Shown piece by piece: positions 11,395 through 23,100 of a stretch of DNA of 64,000 bases. Origin of the DNA: Chlorokybus atmophyticus. Its lineage: Eukaryota > Plantae > Mesostigma and Chlorokybus algae. The stretch spans positions 173,044 to 237,043 of the forward strand of contig RHPI01002161.1 of assembly GCA_009103225.1 (NCBI GenBank). The letters are read 5' to 3'. A program made the translations under genes and the position numbers. The first letter of the stretch is position 1. Every line of letters starts with the position of its first letter. The notes below the pieces were generated by a model. It had not been told where the DNA came from. It did not search any database and saw nothing but the letters and a program-made list of their open reading frames with translations.

Positions 11395-11482
11395 AACGAT
11401 CGTCACATCAATGTTCAATGAAAAATGAAACACTTATAATTCCACCAATTAAAAATAGCGTATATTAAAGGTATTATTAGAG
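11395..11482. promoter_or_regulatory. AT-rich segment upstream of the minus-strand viral ORF, possible relic viral promoter/intergenic DNA
   Basis: AATGAAAAATGAAACACTTATAATTCCACCAATTAAAAATAGCGTATATTAAAGGTATTATTAG, much more AT-rich than its surroundings. Confidence 0.35.
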
Positions 11483-11485
11483 CAA

Positions 11486-12025
11486 TGCTTACATCCGGTC
11501 AGCTTGCCCTTCACACAGGAGTTGAGAGTCGAAGGTACTATGGGCTGAGCACATGGACTTCGGACTTAGCCAGTCGAGACGTGTTGGAATTGTGCAAATC
11601 AGGCTGCTGACCAAGGTCTTGGGAGAATCAACGCGGCTTGATGGATACGTAGCCTTAGCAGGCGCGGGCAAGCTGTTCTGTCTAGACAACAAGCTAAGCC
11701 ACGCATATATGCTTTATGGTCGAAGGTACCATGGAAGAAGCGCGTGGACTCCAAACTTGGCAAGACATTCGAGTTAGGACGGACTCCGAAGCAGATGCTG
11801 AGTATAGCCTTGGGAGAAACCGCGTAGCTTGGTGGATACGTAAGCACAGCAAGCGTGGCCTAGCTTGTTGTAAAGCTCTGGTTGTGAGCTAGACAGCGCA
11901 GCTTACAGAACAGCAATTGGCTGAGTATGCTTGACGCGGTGCTTGCTAATGTAGACGTGTATAGAGACTGGCGGGGTATAAAGCCCGGACTTGTTGCAAT
12001 GAAGAAAAGAGGTCACGATGTAGCA
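11486..12025 (+). mobile_element. Solo LTR-like element
   Basis: Begins TGCTTACATC and ends GATGTAGCA (near-inverted TG...CA). TATAAAGCCCG at 11977-11987 resembles TATAAAAGCCCG of the 1-1414 units. Internal repeated blocks (GTCGAAGGTAC, TGGATACGTA). No matching TSD found. Confidence 0.5.
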
Positions 12026-14484
12026 TGTGTGCGGATGCTATGGCAGCGGTAGCATTCATGCTCGCGTTGTTGATGTTGTCGGCGTGTCACCTGCATGTAT
12101 GTATATCAACAGCGTATAATTGGTTAATGCACATCATCTGCTCTACACAAGTACGCCGATCGACCGTTGCCTTCTACCATCGATTTAAAAATCTTCAGAT
12201 GTTGAGGGATGCGTTCAAGTCTCACCTGTTACCCATTTTGTCTTCGCCACACGTGGCGCCAACACGCACTCGATACGAGGCAACAATGGTTATTGATAAT
12301 ATTGCAAATGCTAATCATTCCAGTTGACACACAAGTTGACATGTCGGCGCCAAAGCGCATTGCTTTTTAGCAGTATATTCAATTCCTTTACTGCAGTTGT
12401 AGTTAACACGCGCGGCATTTCGAAAGTCAATTAGTATCCACACACATTGTGAGCACAAGACATGATCGTTGCAAATCAGCCTACGCTTACCGAGGCTGCT
12501 ATTGGGTTTACCCATCATACCAAGCTTTGTTGTGCAAATCGCACTTTTGTGAAGATACCCGTTTCTGATGCATCAGCGTCTCGTGCGCACTACACTCTCC
12601 AAACTCGTATGGCACTTGAGGGTTGAAACCGATCTGTGGCACCTCAAACCATTGCCATCATTCAGATAGCCATAATACTACACTAGCCCATGAGGCACAA
12701 GACAAACAGCAAGACCAAGGGAAAGCGAACAGAACAAACTGACAAGAATTCGAGAGCATCAGCAACTGTACATAACAGTGCATGCTGAGAACATGCAAGG
12801 AGTACCAATTAGTTGATTACTCTAAGAGCACTTGCAGTCAAGTTGGTAGCAGACACATGCAAGTGGCAAAAGTAGCAACCATGTACCATACATTTGAACC
12901 TTGTAACCTGTGCGCACACAATACAAAGAGTCCTTATTCTCAGCTACTGTTACAATGAGGCATGCAGGTCTAGTTACACGCACGAGGCCAGTTCAGGGAA
13001 GGGGTGAGATGCAGACCTATTTACATGGACTGGTTGTGGGGGCTTGTGTGGCTTTTCTGGCCTGGACACAGCGAAATTGCGCTTGCGCGCTTGGCTAACT
13101 CCTCACACGCTTGAACGCAACAGCAAAAGCCGCCTGCGTCATGTAATCCAGTGCCTGGGACAACAGCACCGTTGCGGGCGACAACAGTGACGCGGTGAGT
13201 CGCTCAGGCTTGTGAGTTGGCAATAAATGCTGACAGCATATCGGTTGACCTCTAGATAGAGCAAACGCGCAGTGCAGGCAAAGTCCTCACCTTTGCTTGA
13301 CTGAGCATTATTTGTCAGCAAATTTGCTGCTCTGCTTGCATTCCTGTATGGCTTCACGATAATTGTATGCGCCGAAGATTGTAGCCACAGCCATAGCAAG
13401 CATAAACATCCACTGTGGCATTCTTGCCGCGTGCAGGCTAACCGGCACCAAACTGCTCGCTCAAAAGGGTATGTGAGACCACACATGCACGGCGGTTCAT
13501 CAAGCCAGCATTGGCAGCAGTTGTAGGGTACTTGCCTAGTGCCGTTAAGCAGCTACTTGACAAACGCTGTAACAACAGCAGCCAAAATCGGCAGGCGGCG
13601 CTGAGCTTGTAGCCAAGCGCTGCTCACCCTGTCCGCCTCCCCTTTCCGCTCCCGAGCGCCCTGCCTCCTCCCCCGCCACCTAGGCTCACAACATCCGCCG
13701 CCTCCACTAGGTTACACCACGATAGATTGTAAGATGCGCAAGACCGCACCCTGCACAACTGACAAACTGGTAATATAAAAGGTACTGACCCAACCGGCGC
13801 TATGATTGCTCGAGCGTCAAGTTGCGATGGTTGGGTACAATCGGTCAAGTTCGGTCAGTTTGTAGTTTCGGACGATGCTGCCCGACCGCGCTCAGCTATG
13901 CCCACAGCAGTGCGCGAAAAGCTTTGAATTGCGTTTGATGCTCGCTGCGGTATCTATTGTTTAAACTTGGTAAGTGCACACCATCGGGAAACGGTCACAT
14001 GTTCGTTTACGCACGGTACCTACGCATGCAGGGTATCTACGCGGTTTCCATGCATACACACGGTATCTACGCATCTGTTGGTGCACACGTGTACAGATGT
14101 GTTGGGTGTTGGAGTTGATAAGCGGTATCAGAATTCCTCTGATGCCATATCGTGCTATTAATAATCTATGTGGCTTATTCGTGTGACAGGTGGTGAGTGG
14201 ACAGGCAAGACGTGTTTGCCGGCTACCCTCTGGTGCTCTGAGAGCATTGTCAGTCAGCATCAGGCGTATCAGGTATCTGTGTGGCTTATTCGCGTGATTC
14301 GACAAGCAGCAGTACGTGTTCACCGGCTACCCTCTGGTGCTCTATGCTCTCTGAAACCTAGCGACCAAGCGACATACGATACGCACGGCAAGGAAACGCG
14401 CAGTTGCGACAACTGAGGTTTTTGTGGGCGGCGGGGTCGGCGGCGGGTGTTGGGGGTGGAAGGAGCGCCGGCCGCCTAGCTGTT

Positions 14485-16171
14485 ATGGACAACGTGTGGC
14501 AGGATATCAAATCTGCGGGTTCCGCCGTTCAACAATTTAACAAAGGTATGGTCTTGGGGGAAGAGNNNNNNNNNNNNNNNNNNNNNNNNNNNNNNNNNNN
14601 NNNNNNNNNNNNNNNNNNNNNNNNNNNNNNNNNNNNNNNNNNNNNNNNNNNNNNNNNNNNNNNNNNNNNNNNNNNNNNNNNNNNNNNNNNNNNNNNNNNN
14701 NNNNNNNNNNNNNNNNNNNNNNNNNNNNNNNNNNNNNNNNNNNNNNNNNNNNNNNNNNNNNNNNNNNNNNNNNNNNNNNNNNNNNNNNNNNNNNNNNNNN
14801 NNNNNNNNNNNNNNNNNNNNNNNNNNNNNNNNNNNNNNNNNNNNNNNNNNNNNNNNNNNNNNNNNNNNNNNNNNNNNNNNNNNNNNNNNNNNNNNNNNNN
14901 NNNNNNNNNNNNNNNNNNNNNNNNNNNNNNNNNNNNNNNNNNNNNNNNNNNNNNNNNNNNNNNNNNNNNNNNNNNNNNNNNNNNNNNNNNNNNNNNNNNN
15001 NNNNNGTGGGGAAGTTGCCACATTCCCAAAGTGCTGTGTCGGCGGCAGTGGTTAATGTGCGTCTGTGCGATCAGGATGTGGCCAAGTTGTCGCAAGAAAC
15101 CATCGAAGAGAAGAGCGCCATCTGGTGCAAGTTAATCAAAGCTGCCGTGCGTGTGCTGTTTGCCGCCGAGCGAAAACTCGCACTGCAGGTAGCTTACATG
15201 TACAGGTTGTGATGGCGTTTGGGGGAGGAGCCGCGCTGAGGTGCAAGAACAAGTCTTTGTCGTGCACGGCCTACCTTGCAGCCGACACACATTGACATTG
15301 CTGTGCGCGCCTTTTTCACCTTGATGTCCTATCCGCAGTCATTCAGTGGGTGGATGGTGAAAAGCAGGACGACGCTGCCTCGGCGACCGCCCGTATTTCT
15401 CTTATGCAAAATATCGAACAGGAGGCGCCTCTGGTGGCATGTTTCCTCCAGCAATGCCCCAAGGCCTTGGTTTTTGTGCTGAATGACAACAGCATGTACG
15501 AGCAGATCCAGTTGATTCTAAGAAACGAGCCTGCCCAGCTCTGCCGGTTGTTCCTTCATAGACAGGGACACGGCAACACTATCCAAAAAGCCCTGGACAG
15601 CTGGTGGAAATGCGGTAATGACGGCGACCTCACTATCCGTTTCTGGGCCCCAAGGTGCCAGAATGCCGTGAAGGTGTTGCCCTTCGCTCGTACGTATGGC
15701 GCTCACACGGGCTCGCTCTACTGCCTTGCTGACTTCAACACAACCTCATCCCACAGAGTCGAGCTTGTTGCGATTAAGCTCAAGCCGTGCTCTGGCTTCA
15801 ATGGCGCTAAACCCCAGGTGCAGCTGCGCCAATCTGTTGTAGACTGTTGAGTTGCACTGATAAAGATATTTAATACCGAGTGTCCATTCATGCAGGTGTT
15901 CACAATGAACATCGGGTGGACGATGCCCGGAGTGACAAAGGCAGCGGTGAGTCTCGGTGTCTGTATGGGTGGAGTCTTGGGCGGCCTTACTTCTGCTGTT
16001 GTTGCTGCACTTGCTTTGGCTTCCAATCCCATTGGTTGGGGTGTTGGAGCGGCATTTATCGGGGTCTTAATTGGCCTTCCATTGGGGTGGAGATGGGGGA
16101 GGTATAGTGGGAACCTGCTGGCCTGCGACTATCACAAGGAGCACCCGGCGCCGCTATACACTCGTCAATAA
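14485..16171 (+). CDS. Orphan ~270-aa protein with a C-terminal Gly-rich hydrophobic hairpin; three exons (14485-14545, 15339-15817, 15896-16171)
   Basis: Splice phases fit: AAAG|gtatgg...ccgcag|TC and CCCCAG|gtgcag...atgcag|GTG. This joins MDNVWQDIKS...FNK to VIQWVDGEK... and VFTMNIGW...GVCMGGVLGGLTSAVVAALALASNPIGWGVGAAFIGVLIG. Intron 1 spans an N-gap, so extra exons are possible. Confidence 0.6.
15006..15221 (+). repeat. Identical 216-bp copy of Exo70 genomic sequence 21984-22199
   Basis: Base-for-base match including intron and exon parts; abuts an N-gap. Confidence 0.9.
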
Positions 16172-16804
16172 GCTGTGAGCTCATCCCTCTCCCGGCTTTC
16201 CTATTGGCACGCCGAGCATTGGTCCCACAATCCAATCAGTCTGTGGATGGTGCCTGTTGTTACATAGCTGTACAGTTTGACATGTGTTGTATAGAAGGGT
16301 ATGCTGGTGTGTGTTGTGTACATCCTGCTTGGGTTTGACTTGGTACTCATTGTAGTGTTGCTGTAGGTTGTGAACGTTGTAGATTGGATGGAACAGTCGA
16401 CATGCTGAAGCCTATAGCCGCCAACAGTGTACATACCAACGTGTGCTAGCACATTGGTCTGACTGTTCATGTGACCAGAGAACTACTGCATATGTTGTTC
16501 ACGCATGCATGTAGCAACCACCTGTCGCACATTGCAGGCGTCAGCCAGTGTCTTGAGAACAACAGCGGCAGCGCGAGCCTCAGCAGATCAACCCCTCGCT
16601 CTCCTCTCCGCGCATCCACCACCCACACTGCATGCTCTGGCTCACTCTGCTCCCGGTGCTCTTGCAGCCATTGCTGCATCCCAGCACATGCACATGCCAA
16701 CATGAGCAGTGCCGAATGCTAAGCATAGCATCCTATGCTTGTTCTTATTGTGCAAGTACCGGCAGTGCCTTAGTGCCTGTGCGCAGTGCTGCCTGCCTGC
16801 CTGT

Positions 16805-16995
16805 GTGTACAATATATGGGATGCAGAGATTGCGGCATGTATCACAATGTGAGGCATGCACTGCACACCACACACAACAGCACACAACACTTACATTCAC
16901 CACCGGGTGCTCTTCCTACTTACCACCTAACTTCACTACTAGCCCAAACCCCGTTACAAAAGCATGCATGCACGCGCATCACCTGCACCACGGCC
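16805..16995 (+). repeat. ~190-bp repeat, copy 1
   Basis: GTGTACAATATAT...CACCGGGTGCTC...ACCCCGTTA...CACCACGGCC, matches 17554-17748 with a few substitutions/indels. Confidence 0.85.
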
Positions 16996-17553
16996 GTTGG
17001 TTAGTGGCTCCATCATCCAGCAGGCAGCAGCAGCAGTGTCAGCTGACTCAACGGACTCCCCCTCCTCCGCGCACACCACCGCCGCCAGGGACGACAGCGC
17101 CGTCCCTGCTCAACGCGACTGCGTCGTTAGGGTTTGCGCCCATCGGCGCGCAGCATGCATATGCACAGCACGCCGCACTCCCTGTCGCAGTGCCGTTGCT
17201 GTGTGCGCCTACTTCGATGACACGGGCAGTTGGTACTACTCCCCATGCACTCTCTTTGTCTTTAGTCTTAGTCTTTCGCACTGTCATGCATGCCAACAGG
17301 GCGGGCTCTAACTATTGAACACTACCTATGCATGCAGGGTGCTCCCGGTCAAGCACCCATTCAACCACGCCATACTCATGCAAGGCCACTAAGAACACAT
17401 CAGCACACTGCAACCATCATATCCAACCACACTCCAGGTGACATGCACGCCCTATGCCTTAGCATAGGGTAGCCAGCCGCTCACCAAGACAGCATGAGCG
17501 AGCTGGACTGGCCTCTGGCATGGGACGGCAAACGGCGCCAACCAGGGCATGGG

Positions 17554-17748
17554 GTGTACAATATATAGGATGCAGAGATTGTGGCATGTATCACAATGTG
17601 AGGCATGCATTGCACACCACACACAACAGCACACAACACTTACATTTACCACCGGGTGCTCTTCCTACTTACCACCTACCTAACTTCACTGCTAGCCCAA
17701 ACCCCGTTAGACAAGCATGCATGCACGCGCATCACCTGCACCACGGCC
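17554..17748 (+). repeat. ~190-bp repeat, copy 2
   Basis: Matches 16805-16995. Confidence 0.85.
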
Positions 17749-18832
17749 CCTGTGTGTAAGTACGCAAGGCCATGTGCGTGTCAAGGTCGCATTGCTGTAG
17801 GTTATATCGCTAGCTGACTACCTTATTGCAGTTGTTTGGGACGCTAAGATAGATAGAACGAAAAGTTTTGAGTCTGTGAGTATAGTTGCAAGTAGACTGA
17901 CCAAATTTACTGTTTCAACCTGATCACCGATGATGTGCACTTCAACTTTCCCAATGCAACACCACGCATTCTGTCCACTGTCCAACACTCAAGCCCAACA
18001 CAACACAAACTATCACTCACCCTCTTCAGTGGCTGCGAGGGCTCCGCAGCCTTAACACGATGCGCGTTTCCGCGTTCGTCGGTCTGCACAACCAGCGTGT
18101 GTGGGTGGCAAGATGATCGCCAATGTGAACCGCGTTCTCTCGTTGACCTTCTCACCACGGCGTGCCCCTCACTAGTAAGCACGCTGCTGCCCAGGCCACG
18201 CTGGATCTGCAGGACAGAGTGACCCATCTCATAAGGTACGCATCGTCATAAAAGCCATATTAGCATTGCGAGAAAATGCCACATGAAGAGTGATCAATGG
18301 CTTAGAGCCATTGTATACCAAGCGATTGTAAGCAACTTATGGAAAACGCTCACATACTGCGCTATGTTATACGCAAACAAAGCCTCCTTTGTGGTTTGTA
18401 AACACAGCGCGTGCACACGCCTGCATGCCTTTATCGGGCGAGTTTTGAAACGATTTGTGGGTAAATTACCCACGGCACTTCTCAGACACCAATACCATCC
18501 TAAACTTGAGCCATGGAATGCAACACGTCTGCCTCACAGTGCTTAATAATGCATAAGTGTTAGGTACGCTTTGCACATATATAGCAATTCTTATGCTGTT
18601 ATATAAGCTGATCCTGAAGCGCTGATGCACAAGATGCACGAAAACTAGCACAAGACCAATGCAAGAAGCAAGCAGCAGACCAAACTTTATCAAGGCAGGG
18701 GCAGAACCAACATTACGTGCTCTAGCCAAGTGTGAATGAGGCGGGGGAAGTAAGGCAGCCATGCAGTTGCAAGGCTGATGTTGTTGATTTGCAACCAATC
18801 TGTGCAAGCATGCCTGGCATTAGAACCGTTGT

Positions 18833-19105
18833 TGTAGCGGCACCCTGGGCCAGAGTTTTCACGACGTCATCGACACATGCGCTAGGAGGGCAGTGGCTGC
18901 ACGTGACCTACCATTGCGCAGGCTATCGGGCTACTTGGCTCTGTACCGGCAGCGCGTGTCTTGCGCGCTGCAGCGCGCCCAGGGCATCACCATCCTGGAG
19001 CGGGGGGCGGCGGTCGTTGCGGCAGTACCAGGGTGCGGTCCAGACGGCGGCGCCAACGGCGGAAGCGGACGCTATGCTGGCCGCTACGGCAGTGTAGTTG
19101 TGTAG
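18833..19105 (+). mobile_element. 5'-truncated fragment of a CRE-like (RLE-bearing) non-LTR retrotransposon
   Basis: SGTLGQSFHDVIDTCARRA...YLALYRQRVSCALQRAQGITILER matches the C-terminal G.LG...A...Y.RQR.S.ALQR.Q/N motif of CRE-type elements. Confidence 0.55.
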
Positions 19106-19671
19106 GCGTGCTTGCATGCCGCTGACATGCATGCGAGTATGCTTGTGCAATGATAGGCAGGGATGACAGTACATAGCTGGGTGTGACGTTTTTGCTGTTA
19201 GTAGAGAGTATAGTGTAGCGCTAGGCAGAGCATGGTAGACATCAATATAGGCAAGCGATGTTGCAAGCAGCAAGTCAGGGCGTGAGGGGCAAGTGCTGTG
19301 CTGTGCAATGCTTGTAATGTATAGGGTATAGGATTGAGACTGTATATGCTGCTCAAAATGCTGATTTGCATAATTGTGAGCTACTATTCGCTGTTGTGAG
19401 AGTAGGAAGTACTGACCTGCTGCAATGCGCTCCTCAGAGTTTCAGTGGTATGCAAAACGCAGCTGCGCCTAGCAACAAGCAGCAGACAAGCTGCGTGTTC
19501 TAGAACACTGCCTCAATCCCTTGTGCACATGATAGAACTTGCAAACTGACAGCATGTCGTGTCGTGTCTGAACAAGTGTACCAGCTAGCGCGAATCTGTT
19601 TCATGACAACCGTATAGCTACATGCACAGGCTTGTCTATGCTTGCTTGCTAGTGTTTGCTTGGCTAGTGCT

Positions 19672-20054
19672 CTAAGAGTCCTGCTCCTCCTGCTGCGGCA
19701 CAGCTCCGAGCTGCAAGAACCTGATGGTGCCAGTGACCTGCGTGAGCCCCTCCGCCAGCTGGTAGACGGTGGCGTTGTCGCGCAGTAGGCGGCTGTGAGC
19801 ACCAGCGAGCGCCTGTGTCGCCGCCTCCAGCTTGCGCAGTGGAGGAAAAGACAGCACCACACAGCTAAGGAAGCAAGCGGGCAGCTGTTAGTGACAAGCA
19901 TGCAAGCACACAAGACGATGACGACGAAGACGGCAGCGACAAGTAGGATATTGTCCGCCGCCAGCAGGGCGTAAGGAGCTGAGGTTGATGCGCTATGTGC
20001 CACGAGCTCCGTTGCCGGCGACGATGACGCCAATGCCACCGCCGATGACGACAT
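19672..20054 (-). CDS. Small single-pass membrane protein (~110 aa), 2 exons
   Basis: MSSSAVALA...NILLVAAVFVVIVF-CVVLSFPPLRKLEAATQALAGAHSRLLRDN...; the short intron has a CACTAAC branch site and ends CCTTAG in phase. Confidence 0.55.
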
Positions 20055-20124
20055 AAGGCTTGCGCTGACGCATGTGCTTGGGCTGAGTTTCTAGGCTGCT
20101 GCCACGTGAGCGGCCGCCGCCGCC

Positions 20125-23100
20125 ATGCCTGGCATGGTGGCCGGCGGCGGTGGTGGGGATGGCGGCGGGAGCGTGGTCATCGCCAGGCTGGAAGCACGCA
20201 GGGCGCACATCCGGGAAGGCCTGGCCAAGTCTCAGGTAAGCAGACACCAGGCTGAGCGGCAGCTTATCCGCCAAGCTGGTTTGTTGCTGTCTTACTTGCT
20301 TGCAATCACCTCCCACTTATGACGCAACAACGGCATCGCTCAACACTCAATCAATACTTGGCGTACACAGAGAGTAGATATGTGCCCCACAATTCTGGGC
20401 TGTAAAATGCGTTTGCAGGCAAGGCAGTCCAGTAGTGAGTGTACCTAACGTACTTGCTATGTAAGAGACATCAGCTTTTGCGATGCTACTAGCCACCCAG
20501 CAGAAAATAGGAATTTGTGCACCCTACCGTTGCATCGTTATGATATCATGCTGTGGTCGCAACCTGTGTGCTACGATCAGCGTAATCATTGGAACGCTAC
20601 CAATGTGCTCTGCTGTATTGCTTTGGAAAACACGCGCACGCACGCGTGCGTGCGCGTGTTTGCGCGTGTGTGCAAGCCCTCCCTCACAGTATGTGATGCG
20701 GGTATCCATCCAGCTTGAATGCACTTGTGTGCGCATTGACATGCTGTCCATGCACATTGCACTTGGGCTACTTACAACACAAGCAGACACCACCGCCATT
20801 GGGCACCTCCCATGTTGCGCCTCACGCGATGTATTGAGCAAATCATCCATAAGCGTTAAGGGCCAGTGTTATCTAAAGTGTTGTTTTTCATGCGTGCTCT
20901 TTCACACACCACCATGCTTGCATTGAATTGTACATGTAGGCGTGACTGCGTCAACTGATTGCGTTGCCACAGGCCATCACTGACCAAACCGAGGAGCTGC
21001 TCAAGCGCTTCAGTGAACATGTCGCTGAGCTCGAAGCCATTATGACGCCAGTGCAGGTACGCATGCTGTAGTCACATTACTTGCTTTGTGCACTGAAGTG
21101 TGCTTATGAAGTCTGATCAACACTTGCATCGCAGCGGAAGACCAACCTGCTGTTGACCAAAGCGGAGAACATAGAGAGGTCTCTTGCAGCTGCGGCAGAA
21201 GTCTTGCACCAGTTTGATGTTTCAAGACAGGTATGTATCACATAAGCATCACAAGACCTGATGTTAAGTTCGACACCACATGCCGAACTCATTACATGCT
21301 GGGTACAGGTGGAGGATGCCATTAATAGGGGCCCTCGGGGTGACATTGACGCCTATCTGCGATTGGTCAAGCGCCTTGCGGCTGCAGTCGCATTCCTGAG
21401 CGACGAGCGTGGAGGCCGCAGCTTTCGTGACGCAGGCATGAACATCTGATGGTCTTGTGCGCACATGCCCACAGACGCGCACGCGAGCTGAACTCGTGTA
21501 AGTTATGCAGGTGATGCGCTGGCGCATGCTAAGAGTCTGCTCGTCAAGGCCATCGCAACATGCGAGGAAGAGATGAAGGGGATACTATCCAAACATGCCC
21601 GTGTCATTGACCCGGCCAAGGTAAGGAAGTTTCTCCCTCTCCCCCCAGCAGTTGTGGGGACCAGCACTCTTGCAATCACACTTTGTGTTGGCATCATCTC
21701 AGCAAACCTGTCCCTGAGAGATTTGCCTTGCACAGCATGTGCCGTTGAGAGTTTTCTGTTGTTCACTCATTGCAGGTTGATGAGGCACTTGCGGGTGACA
21801 CGACAAAAGAGGCACAGGAGTTAGTGGCCCCATTCGCACTCCCGCAGCTGCGTGCACTCGTTGGCGCGATGCTGCAGGCGGGACACGCTGCGTGCCTTGG
21901 CTCCTTCCGCGATGCTCGCATTCCCGCCCTTGAAGGCAACCTCAAGCGGCTCGGGATAGACAAAATCTCTTCAAGAGAGGTGTGTGGGGAAGTTGCCACA
22001 TTCCCAAAGTGCTGTGTCGGCGGCAGTGGTTAATGTGCGTCTGTGCGATCAGGATGTGGCCAAGTTGTCGCAAGAAACCATCGAAGAGAAGAGCGCCATC
22101 TGGTGCAAGTTAATCAAAGCTGCCGTGCGTGTGCTGTTTGCCGCCGAGCGAAAACTCGCACTGCAGGTAGCTTACATGTACAGGTTGTGATGGCGTTTGC
22201 TTGTGCACCCATTTGTTGATGTGTGCCCATGCACGCGCGTGTGCGCGTATGTATGTGTGTCTGCGTGTTTCCGTACAAGTGTCTGCGTGTCCAAGAGCAA
22301 GTTCAAGTGGTATACGTGCTGCAGGTTGTTCGGGAGAAGTTTGTGGGGCCTGTGTTTGCTGAGACCATCTCATCCTCAATGAACAAGCTGGTGGCGTTTG
22401 GGCTTGCAGTAGCAAACGCAAGATGGTAAATTTCAAATCTATATGGCCGGCTGTTCTGCTTGAGGCAGCAATGTATTAACTGCTCGTTGCTAACCAAATA
22501 CAGCGTGCCCGAGAGGCTGTTTTTGATACTGGAGATGTTTCACACCCTGCAAGGAGTCATGCCAGAGCTGGAAGTTATGCTGGCAGGCAAGCATGCTCAG
22601 GTGACGACCTTTTTTCAGGGCCTATCATTATGTCATCACTATGTGGCCATGGAATTTGTTGGTCTAATTGCAGCTTTGTGCCAGGCCATGGCGGTGGAAA
22701 CGAAGAGCCTCCTTTCTCAACTGGCAACTTGCGCTCGGTCAACTTTCTCTGAATTTGAGGAGACAATCAGGTATAGCGAAGCCATTGCATGATGATGCAT
22801 GGGTTGGGTTGATTCAACCCAACCCATGCATTATCATGACTTGTATATTACTCTGCAGCAGTGCTTTGAAACGTGCCAGCTTTTGCATAACATGTTTGCC
22901 TTTCTCTCAATTACAACAGAACTGAATGCATGTTGCCATAGCGAGGCCTCAGTGTGAGCCATGGCAGAGGTCAAGAGCATCATTGCAAGGGTGCAATATC
23001 CTGACAGCTGGTTGTCACCAGGCAGGACTCCAACAAGTACATGCTGCCGGATGGCACGGTGCATCCGATATCCTCGCACGTGGTCAACTACGTGAAGCGG

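Larger units (their letters stand above)
7522..11480. mobile_element. Endogenous giant-virus (Nucleocytoviricota-like) fragment, decayed
   Basis: Tightly packed intronless ORF remnants: RNR R2, L1R-like, A16/G9-like and unknown ORFs. Stop/start overlap TAATG at 9402-9406; AT-rich segment at the right end. Confidence 0.8.

Noticed and set aside
17050-17290. Possible Ulp1-like protease remnant (TQQ...ECGVLCICM) on the minus strand
   Set aside because: Only a loose match to the Q..DCG motif with no supporting His/Asp segments.
17930-18760. Possible small spliced minus-strand membrane protein gene
   Set aside because: Exon-like pieces exist, but I could not build a consistent start-to-stop model.
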